Below are positions 1 to 7,459 of a DNA stretch of 64,000 nt, one piece after another. Position 1 is the first letter of the stretch. The number at the start of each line of letters is the position of its first letter. The notes below the pieces were generated by a model, which had not been told where the DNA came from, ran no database searches, and saw nothing but the letters and a program-made list of their open reading frames with translations. The position numbers and the translations under genes are program-made. Origin of the DNA: a virus; IMG/VR virus record IMGVR_UViG_3300040786_000066; one strand, 5' to 3'.

Positions 1-266
1 CTTGGGTAGGTCGATCGACTATTCCACAGCTATTCAAGCAGAGAGGGGTATAGGGGATATCAAACCTTTGCTGAAATATTTTATTGCATTATATTACAGA
101 CAGGGAGGGAGTACCTACTATATGTGTATACTCCAATCACTATAGCCAGGCTTGATACCTAGTGCATACCAGGGCAGGGAGGGAGGGTGTATATAAAATA
201 AAGGGCAGCTTCGCCTAGTCTTATTATTTCATTGTACTATAAACATAAACCCTAAACACATACACG

Positions 267-473
267 ATGACACACTTACCTATGATTACTAATGATGAAG
301 CTGTAGAATTGCTAGACTACATAGCAATGAATGATCTAGAGAACGCATATGATGCTGAAAGAGATGCTATCTCAGCAGACATGTACGACAACTGCGATCC
401 TTCGGAATTTTCGGATACTCGAACTATACGAAGACGAGCTTCCTTACTAACTAATAGCCCTTCGGGGCTTTAA
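267..473 (+). CDS. small highly acidic hypothetical protein (first early gene)
   Basis: ORF follows motif copy 1 and has a D/E-rich core. The C-terminus runs into a terminator, so the true stop may be earlier. Confidence 0.55.
   Translation: MTHLPMITNDEAVELLDYIAMNDLENAYDAERDAISADMYDNCDPSEFSDTRTIRRRASLLTNSPSGL
456..469 (+). terminator. hairpin AGCCC-TTCG-GGGCT
   Basis: C(UUCG)G tetraloop stem between a gene and motif copy 2. Confidence 0.65.
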
Positions 474-549
474 GTTTAATCAATAAAAGGGCAGCTTCGG
501 TAAGTCTTATTATGTTTTTGTATTTCTCTAATGAGATACCCAATTTAAA

Positions 550-930
550 ATGAAGATTATTGAACTAAAAGGAGATATATATGATGTGTTATCTGATGGC
601 GTTGCAGGTGAAAACTGCATAGTGTACCATAATGGTACAGCTAATGTATTTAGCAACATGGAAAGAATATACCACTCTCCAAACTTTACAAATTCAGAAG
701 TGTTAGGAGAAATCCGCACACAAGAAGTTGTATCTACAGAGAATTTTGACTCTCGATATGGAGGACAAAACTCTTTAGTATCTTCGGATATGAAGAGGGT
801 GCAGGACTTCTCAAGAACCAAGGTTTTCGATGATATCGTAGGCGATCTTAAAATAGATGCTCTATATATATTTGATAAAGCCTTATTAACAACACATCAT
901 TTTGTAGTGTTGAAAGATGATAAGTTATAA
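550..930 (+). CDS. hypothetical protein
   Basis: Intact 126-aa ORF between motif copy 2 and a terminator. Confidence 0.7.
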   Translation: MKIIELKGDIYDVLSDGVAGENCIVYHNGTANVFSNMERIYHSPNFTNSEVLGEIRTQEVVSTENFDSRYGGQNSLVSSDMKRVQDFSRTKVFDDIVGDLKIDALYIFDKALLTTHHFVVLKDDKL

Positions 931-935
931 TACCA

Positions 936-960
936 AAGCCTCTGCATATTGTGGAGGCTT
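936..960 (+). terminator. intrinsic terminator-like hairpin
   Basis: AAGCCTCTGC/GTGGAGGCTT 10-bp stem directly after the stop codon. Confidence 0.65.
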
Positions 961-979
961 AATTTTAAAACAAACTGAT

Positions 980-1362
980 ATGAAAACTACAATGCTATGG
1001 TGTTCCGCACACCAACCAACTCAAGAACAAATTAACGAGCTTGAGGAAAAGGAAGATTAATTCTTCTAAAAGAGCACTCTCCAAAGATGATGGAGAGGAT
1101 ATCTAACTGTCCAAACAATAGACAGGAGATTAAAGAACTCATCTCTGATTTCAGAGATGTATTAGAAAGCTTCGATGCTTGTACTATTGTACAATTGGGA
1201 GGAAGCCCATTGTTCTTATTCATGGCAGGATCATTCATCCAAGGGGCGATGAATAAAGGGAATATACTATTCTCTCATAGCGAGAGAGTGAGCATAGACA
1301 CGCCTCAGCCTGATGGTTCTGTGGTTAAGACGAGTGTATTCAAACACTTGGGCTTTATATAA
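980..1362 (+). CDS. Csx20-like putative cyclic oligoadenylate ring nuclease (one apparent indel near 1050)
   Basis: Reconstructed MKTTMLWCSAHQPTQEQI...SNCP...IVQLGG...SHSERVSIDTPQPDGSVVKTSVFKHLGF matches the Csx20 pattern I recall (SH.LT.EQ, SNIP, LIQG, RVS.E..DG.V.K.S.FKH..F). Confidence 0.65.
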
Positions 1363-1365
1363 TCA

Positions 1366-1381
1366 TATCCCTTCGGGGATA
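1366..1381 (+). terminator. hairpin ATCCC-TTCG-GGGAT
   Basis: UUCG tetraloop stem between a stop codon and motif copy 3. Confidence 0.65.
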
Positions 1382-1455
1382 ATGGTTCTCAAAAGGGCAG
1401 CTTCGGCTAGTCTTATAATGTCTTTGTACTTGTCTAATCAGGTACCAACATAATT

Positions 1456-1617
1456 ATGATTATCAAGATATTTCTTAGTGTTATTGCAGTGTTATTCATT
1501 GCAATATCGTACGAACTTCACCAAATAGGTGATGTCAATCTGTACGCGTGGTACGGATTCGGAGGACTGATGGTTGTTTTAAGAACTATCAGAGCTGTTC
1601 AATTATCTAAACTTTAA
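1456..1617 (+). CDS. small membrane protein
   Basis: MIIKIFLSVIAVLFIAISYELHQIGDVNLYAWYGFGGLMVVLRTIRAVQLSKL, two hydrophobic segments (below the ORF-track cutoff). Confidence 0.55.
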   Translation: MIIKIFLSVIAVLFIAISYELHQIGDVNLYAWYGFGGLMVVLRTIRAVQLSKL

Positions 1618-1621
1618 ATAG

Positions 1622-1804
1622 ATGAGAGCATTGAACATTATCAGAGGAATTTCGAAGGCTTTGATGTTTGTAGTTTTGTACTTTATCTTGTACAATTACA
1701 CTCAAGGTCTTCAAACCATGGCTATTGGATTCTGCCTAGCCATGGTATTACTAATCAGCATCGTGCTGGTTATCAATTATTATGAAATAAATAAAGAGTT
1801 ATGA
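1622..1804 (+). CDS. small membrane protein
   Basis: 60-aa ORF with two hydrophobic helices, overlapping the next ATG. Confidence 0.6.
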   Translation: MRALNIIRGISKALMFVVLYFILYNYTQGLQTMAIGFCLAMVLLISIVLVINYYEINKEL

Positions 1805-2103
1805 AAAATGTATTGAGATTTATCGGCGTGATAGCTATAATAGTATCACTAAGTAATGTCATCGTATTGGCATTAAAAGGGTATAATGAAAACATTGTAC
1901 TCATTGGAGCATCTGTATTTATCACAGTAGTGGGATTTGTACTCCTTATTGCTGCTGATAATATGCAGATTAGGTTAACAGATAAGCAAATAGCAGATGC
2001 TATTACTAGCTTAGAGAGGCAAAGTCTTAGAGATAAGATGGCTCATTGGGGAGATGAACTCAATGAAGAAGAGATTGAGCGTCTATCTAGAGGAAGGTAT
2101 TAA
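1801..2103 (+). CDS. membrane protein
   Basis: Two N-terminal hydrophobic helices and a charged C-terminus. Confidence 0.65.
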   Translation: MKNVLRFIGVIAIIVSLSNVIVLALKGYNENIVLIGASVFITVVGFVLLIAADNMQIRLTDKQIADAITSLERQSLRDKMAHWGDELNEEEIERLSRGRY

Positions 2104-2548
2104 TCAAATGGTCGGGGATATTCCTCGGCCATTATTTATTAACAAATTAAATCAAGAAGTTATGTGGAGAACAGAATCAAAATTGGCATTAGTTGCAATA
2201 GCACTAATTGTCTTAGGAGGCATATATGGTATGTCAAACAAGAGTAACAATAGAAAGGCAGATGCCATCGCTGTACTCATGGAGAATGGAGAAGTTGATA
2301 GTTACAATAATGTATTGTTCTATACTGCCAATGATGAGCAGATGGATCAAAGAACATTGAGTGCATTGTCCTATCTATCAAGAGGATATGATATGGTTCA
2401 GGTATACAATAAGATGTCTGACTACAATGACAAAGAGTTATGGTCTGCTAATAAGCCAAGTTGGGATACAGTATACCAAACACCTAAGGAGAAGTATATC
2501 AGTATGCTTATAACAGAGAATGCGGCTGGAGGTATCAAGGAAGATTAG
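2054..2548 (+). CDS. membrane-anchored hypothetical protein
   Basis: Single hydrophobic helix (LALVAIALIVLGGIYG). The true start is probably downstream (2107 or 2161). Confidence 0.6.
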   Translation: MNSMKKRLSVYLEEGINQMVGDIPRPLFINKLNQEVMWRTESKLALVAIALIVLGGIYGMSNKSNNRKADAIAVLMENGEVDSYNNVLFYTANDEQMDQRTLSALSYLSRGYDMVQVYNKMSDYNDKELWSANKPSWDTVYQTPKEKYISMLITENAAGGIKED

Positions 2549-2555
2549 AAAAGAT

Positions 2556-2575
2556 GGTTGGGCTTCGGCTCAATC
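2556..2575 (+). terminator. hairpin GGTTGGGC-TTCG-GCTCAATC
   Basis: UUCG stem followed by a T-run, before motif copy 4. Confidence 0.65.
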
Positions 2576-2646
2576 ACCTCTTTTAAAAGGGCAGCTTCGT
2601 GTAGGCTTATCATGTGTTCATGCAACTGTGCATTAAACTTATAATT

Positions 2647-2925
2647 ATGGAAGAGTCTACAAAGAAAATTTTCAAACCAAAGTTCGAATTGGTTCAAGAA
2701 TGTAATGGCCTTGTTTCAATACATTTGGGTAAGCACGCTGCTGCGGCTATACTTCAAGGGACAGAAATCACTGGAACCACCCAGGAAGATCATCAAATGT
2801 TGGTGGTGTGTCGTACAATTCTTAGAGACATTGCCCTTAACGCATTGGGAGTTAGGCCTGAAGAATTGTGCCAGGACAAAGCAAGGAATCTTTTATATAA
2901 TCTATCAGATAGCCTACGTGGTTAA
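2647..2925 (+). CDS. hypothetical protein
   Basis: ORF between motif copy 4 and a terminator; start taken at MEESTKK. Confidence 0.6.
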   Translation: MEESTKKIFKPKFELVQECNGLVSIHLGKHAAAAILQGTEITGTTQEDHQMLVVCRTILRDIALNALGVRPEELCQDKARNLLYNLSDSLRG

Positions 2926-2932
2926 TATTCAA

Positions 2933-2950
2933 ACCTCTCTTCGGAGAGGT
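2933..2950 (+). terminator. hairpin ACCTCTC-TTCG-GAGAGGT
   Basis: Perfect 7-bp UUCG stem before motif copy 5. Confidence 0.65.
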
Positions 2951-3164
2951 ATGTTTATCTCAAGGAAAAGGGCAGCGTCGTTCTGTCTTATCAATTCCTC
3001 GTACTATATCTAAGTAGTACGCAAAACATATAACATGGAAAATACTATTGACTTAAGAAAGACAGGCGCTGAGAACATTATTGGTAAATTCAGTAAAAAC
3101 ATTCTTCTCAACATATTATACCTGTACGTGAGAACGGTTCGTTCATCGTGGAGCAAATATCTAC

Positions 3165-3416
3165 ATGACTGCTCGTCAAGCTGAAACTATTCTCATGCTA
3201 TCTGATTTCTTGGAAAAACGCCCAAGTGGTGATTCTAAGCATTGTGAGGATAGAGAATCAGAGGCTAATGTCATGCGTGAAAACACTGTGTTCGAACTTG
3301 CAATGCTTGTTCGTACTATGGCTAAAGGCGTTGCAGGTGTACCTTCTATGATTTCCATTAAGGACATGTCTATTGGCTACGGCCATGTATGTGATGAGCA
3401 TAATGGCAGATACTAA
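3165..3416 (+). CDS. hypothetical protein
   Basis: 83-aa ORF followed by hairpin AGCCTCTC/GAGGGGCT (3426-3447). Confidence 0.55.
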   Translation: MTARQAETILMLSDFLEKRPSGDSKHCEDRESEANVMRENTVFELAMLVRTMAKGVAGVPSMISIKDMSIGYGHVCDEHNGRY

Positions 3417-3450
3417 AGTATCAAAAGCCTCTCTTGATTGAGGGGCTATA

Positions 3451-3681
3451 CTATATCAGCGTAGAGAATATTTGATATAGTAGCAACAATGCAGGGGTAA
3501 ATGCACACGAGTATATCAGAACAGCGATATACTTGGGCGTGATTGCTGTGGTGCTTAGGCATCGGCGCTGGGTGAAGCCTGCACGTGAGAATTTAGTTTA
3601 TTGTATAGCCCGAGGTAGAAATACCTGTGACAGCATTGACTACAATAAGTGGATTCTCCAAACAACTACGATAAGGTTGTT
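3451..3681 (+). ncRNA. candidate structured RNA (unassigned)
   Basis: Nested helices CGAGTATATC/GATATACTTG, GCAGG/CCTGC, GAGAAT/ATTCTC, TTATTGTA/TACAATAA and AGGTA-GAAA-TACCT. Confidence 0.45.
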
Positions 3682-3720
3682 TAATAAAAGGGCAGCTTCG
3701 TTCGGTCTTATCAATTCTTC

Positions 3721-4265
3721 ATGAGCACACAAATTATAACTATCAGCGAAGATGTTATGAATACTGTAATCAAACCTATTTCCCTTTTCTTGAACGATAT
3801 CGAGAAGAATACTATCTTCACTCATAACCCTGCTAATGCTAAAGGCGTTAGTAATTATGACATCGTTGATAAAAGCTACCTGTCTTCTTCTACACATCAT
3901 CGAAAGGTGGTACGTATAAGTTTACTGCGTATGACTTGCGTAACTTTTCTCATAAAGGAGTACCGTTCAAGGACTCTTTTCAAGTAGAGAACGGCAAAGT
4001 TATACATGTAGCTGAAACGTTCACCATCACTAAGAAGAGCACGGCTCTACTTGTGGACGACGAGAAGGTATATCCACCGTTCTGTTATAAGAACTATGCG
4101 GAATACGCTGTCATGAAAGCCGCTCAACCAATAGGGACTTACCCTACTGCTGAGATGTTGACTTTCTTGAAAGAGGACGGAGTAAAGGAAGCAGACGTTG
4201 AAAAGTACTATCGTACTATCGACACTGACAAACCTTTATTCTTCTATAAGGCTAACGGCAAATAG
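3721..4265 (+). CDS. hypothetical protein (indel-split), paralog of 4629-5230
   Basis: Joined from ORFs 3721-3987 and 3936-4265; contains YPPFCY. Confidence 0.55.
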
Positions 4266-4359
4266 AAACGGGTTTGATTACGCATACGCATATCGCATAC
4301 AAATAACATCTTCGCGGATGTAGACCTCGAATAATAGTAAGGGTCTATATTATTGAACT

Positions 4360-4390
4360 AAGCACTCTCTTAATTGGGAGTGCTTTTTTT
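4360..4390 (+). terminator. intrinsic terminator
   Basis: AAGCACTCTC/GGGAGTGCTT stem followed by a long T-run. Confidence 0.8.
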
Positions 4391-4628
4391 ACGTCTATGT
4401 ATTGCAATAACTAACCGACTGTACTCTGCAATAGCTGACCTGACCGCAATGGCTACGGACAATATTGAGACTCTACTACCCCAAGGGCAGCTTCGTCCTG
4501 ACAAAGAAAAGGGCAGCTTCGTCTTGTCCAAATATTTCTTTGTCGCTCCCGCGTGTGGGATTGATACAACGGCTTCCCTGAGGATGTTTGTTGTCACTTA
4601 TAACACGAAATATAAAACCTATATTACA

Positions 4629-5230
4629 ATGTCAAAATCAAGCACGATTAGTTTAGATGTATTAAATGCATTAAGCCCACAAAAGGAATGTTGAACGCTT
4701 CAGTTAAGGAGCTAGAGAACCAAGTATTCACTTTTCATTCTATAGTTGCACCTGCTGAGAAACTGCGGATCTTACTGCTGTCAGCGATGACAACTCGTAT
4801 GTGAAAGCTCGTTATATCAATTCAAAAACAAAGAAGAGTTTCTTGATCCCAATCAGAGGATTATTGAATCTTGGAATTGTTCAGATGGGTACAACTAAAG
4901 TGAAAGCATTAGACCCTAAAGCAGAAGTTGCAAAGTGAATGATTATTTACTTGAGAAATCAACTGATGGTAAGGAGTGAGTCTTCCAATGTCTTTCTATG
5001 TAGTTTCTGTCAAAGATAGAATCCAAGAAAGCACTGGGAACATTATGTACCCTCCGTACTGCTACCAAGCGTTCTCTGATGAGATTGAGACGCTTAGAGC
5101 GACAGATCCTAAAGCGGATTTGGGTCCTATCTACCAAAATTATGACTTTATGCAGTCATTATATGCTGGAGAAAGATCTGCTCGCTACGCCACTGCGGAA
5201 GCAACTAAAGACATAGTTATCTCAGTTTAA
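4629..5230 (+). CDS. hypothetical protein (indel-split), paralog of 3721-4265
   Basis: MSKSSTISLDVLN... through YPPYCY to the stop at 5230; followed by a terminator at 5260-5300. Confidence 0.55.
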
Positions 5231-5708
5231 TCCCAAAGGATTTAATAATGATACTATTTACTCTCATACCAGACCATGTGTCCGGTGTGGGAGTTCTTTT
5301 GTCCTTTTCAACAATACACCACTAAAAGCACCTGACATTGCACCATTCATCCATAGGTTTATATAACATTACCGTCTTTTCAACAACAAACTACCCATTT
5401 CCTCTTAACAAACTGGATTTATACTCGATATCGAGTGTATTTATCTCCGATTTGTAATAAATAACAGGAAATAAGTGTATTTTGGTTCGTTGATAACAGG
5501 CAAAAGCGATGAGTACAAAAAATTGAATAATAACGTTAAGTATAAAAGGAGATCCTCGATTACTGAAGAAAGTAAGTAAGTCGAATGGGTTAACCCGAGT
5601 AAGAACACAACGATAAAAATATAGTTAATCAGTCCACAGCCTTCCAGGAACAAACACACTTGTTTTCCATAATTATAAGAGTCATTAATCACGTCAGACA
5701 AGACCGCG

Positions 5709-6093
5709 AAGCTTGTTTGACTGGGTTAGTTACTAAAGTACCAATCCCTGGTCGGCGAAGGGAACTGAGGTTAGAAAAACTGCGAAGCAGCAGGCTGAAT
5801 GCAATGTGATGAAGTACAGTAATCATGTTAGTAAGTCTCTCCCGAGTAGATTGAGTATAACGATTTACAATATTAGCCCCGGATATAGGTTGATTACCTT
5901 ACCCTGTATCAGATAGACACGTTTCATCGTCGGGCAATAACAAAAGTCCAGAGTGCACATAGGTATATGAAAATTAAGAACCTACCTGCATTAGATTTAT
6001 TAGAGAATCGTCTGGCAACAATAAGTCCTGAGTGGATTGCATGATACGTCATACAACCTCGAGCTCTTCATAAGTGGAGAGCTTTACAGGCTT
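5709..6093 (+). ncRNA. candidate large (~385 nt) structured RNA, unassigned
   Basis: No credible ORF. Closing helix AAGCTTGT(5709-16)/ACAGGCTT(6086-93). Internal stems GATATAGG/CCTGTATC, AGCTCTTCA/TGGAGAGCT and CTGC-GAA-GCAG. Confidence 0.5.
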
Positions 6094-6104
6094 ATAGAAA
6101 AGTC

Positions 6105-6226
6105 CGGAATTAATCTTGACGCTGATAGTATGTGCACATATAATTTCAGTTGAGGTACGAGAGATAATCATAAATTAAGTTGTACAGCTTGATTCAATGA
6201 AAGGGTTCGATTCCCGAATTTCCGCA
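6105..6226 (+). ncRNA. tRNA-like RNA (acceptor plus T-loop, non-canonical core)
   Basis: CGGAATT pairs with AATTTCCG (one bulge); GGG-TTCGATT-CCC T-arm; no canonical anticodon arm. Confidence 0.4.
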
Positions 6227-6593
6227 TAATATGGAGAACTTCAGAAGAGCTATCCAAGTTTAATAAACCATTTAATAACCAAACCATTATGAAAAGATTT
6301 TGTTTTATTCGTATTGGCTTTCAGTCTGTTTTCCTTTATGGGAGCTAGAGACTATGTGAAGCCTGTTTCAAGTCATGAAGCTGTATTTGTAGGAAGTACT
6401 AACTTTCCCTAAAGATCTACAACGGTACAATCAAAAGCCGAAGTTCCATAAGGAAAGACAAAAGAATTAGAATACTGCAGGCCTCCTTTATAGTTTGGAA
6501 CGAGCCTGAAGTTAGAATTAACATTGTGTATAATATCGTTGCAAGCACAGACTTAAAATCTGGATACTGACAACTATACTATATATAAAATAA

Positions 6594-6652
6594 AAAATAC
6601 CCTTGAGAGGCGAGTGCCGTTTAGGACTCAAGGGTATTTTATTAACATGGGG
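6594..6652 (+). terminator. long hairpin/terminator upstream of the tmRNA locus
   Basis: AAAATACCCTTGAG/CTCAAGGGTATTTT 14-bp inverted repeat. Confidence 0.6.
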
Positions 6653-6708
6653 AGGCAACTAAGCTTTCTAATATTACGAAGCCGTGTAATAATATGCATT
6701 ATAAAAGC

Positions 6709-6791
6709 GGGTAAGTACTCTAGAAAAGGCGTTATTGTTTGTCGCGGTATACAGTCGGCATACAAGATGGGTTCGATTCCCTACCTATCCA
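6709..6791 (+). ncRNA. tRNA-like RNA with Ala-type acceptor (G3:U70, A73)
   Basis: GGGTAAG/CCTATCC acceptor (one mismatch), TTCGATT T-loop, and a long hairpin instead of an anticodon arm. Confidence 0.45.
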
Positions 6792-6792
6792 C

Positions 6793-7062
6793 AAGATTGT
6801 TCATTGACGTATTATGAGTTTTGCAAGACGGGAGTTCGACTCTCCCAACTCCACAAATCGAAGACCGTGTATGTTGTCGATGGTGTAGCTAGCCGATATA
6901 CAAATAGCCGAACTTATGGGGTTGCCTGGTTTTGATTGCAATACACAAGTTTTACTGAGAATAGTCCCAACTATAACTCCAAAAGTTATACAACTTTTAG
7001 TGCAGCTGATTTAGAATTAGCAGCCTAGACGAAACTTGGGGAGCGTCAATCCCCTTATTTTT
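6793..7062 (+). ncRNA. ssrA: circularly permuted (two-piece) tmRNA
   Basis: Acceptor piece first (GACGGGAG-TTCGACT-CTCCC-AACTCC-A, 6827-6853), then a spacer, then the 5' piece GGGGTTGCCTGGTTTTGA at 6918 (G3:U70). P2 TTGCAA/TTGCAA. Tag frame ends ...FSAADLELAA-TAG (7028). Inter-piece pairing TTGACG(6804-09)/CGTCAA(7044-49). Confidence 0.88.
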
Positions 7063-7083
7063 AAACCCTAAATTTATCGATCG

Positions 7084-7425
7084 ATGAAAAACGAAACTCT
7101 AATTAATCCCAAGATTACGAGGACTCGTAATTCTGTGAACGTAAATTGGTTCTCTGTATGTAAAAGTAGCGTTGATAACGTTATTCAAATTACATCAAAA
7201 TCCGAGTTCTTTAACACTCCTCTTGTTTATAAAGTAACAGAGGATTTAATTATACTTAGAAAAGTCACTATACGAGATAACAAAAGAATAGTAGTACCTA
7301 AAAAAGGCCGCGATTCTGAGTTTTATCGCATGAGCATCATAACTAAATTTGAAATCGAAAACAACAGATACGATTTTGAATTTGATGAAGATGATGAGGA
7401 TGTAGTATCTGCTTATTATAAGTAG
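7084..7425 (+). CDS. hypothetical protein
   Basis: Intact 113-aa ORF with an acidic C-terminus inside the ncRNA island. Confidence 0.6.
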   Translation: MKNETLINPKITRTRNSVNVNWFSVCKSSVDNVIQITSKSEFFNTPLVYKVTEDLIILRKVTIRDNKRIVVPKKGRDSEFYRMSIITKFEIENNRYDFEFDEDDEDVVSAYYK

Positions 7426-7459
7426 CATATTTGTAAATTAATTGAGATCTTTGAATTGA

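Larger units (their letters stand above)
200..4521 (+). promoter_or_regulatory. 8 copies of conserved intergenic motif AAAAGGGCAGCTTCG(N5)TCTTAT, putative phage early promoters
   Basis: Copies start at 200, 485, 1391, 2585, 2966 (GCGTCG variant), 3686, 4483 and 4507. Most lie just after a terminator hairpin and upstream of an ATG. I did not see the motif elsewhere in the window. The repeat is directly visible; promoter function is inferred. Confidence 0.7.

Noticed and set aside
200-4521. CRISPR array or integron attC sites made of the 15-mer repeats
   Set aside because: Spacing is irregular (24 to ~1200 nt), whole genes lie between copies, there is no consistent palindrome, and no cas or integrase gene is present.
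5940-6110. RNase P RNA, suggested by AAAAGTCC, AGTGCAC and GGCTTAT words
   Set aside because: The P4 helix cannot be completed (no CCGGCTT/TCTGGCTT partner), and the order and spacing of conserved regions do not fit.
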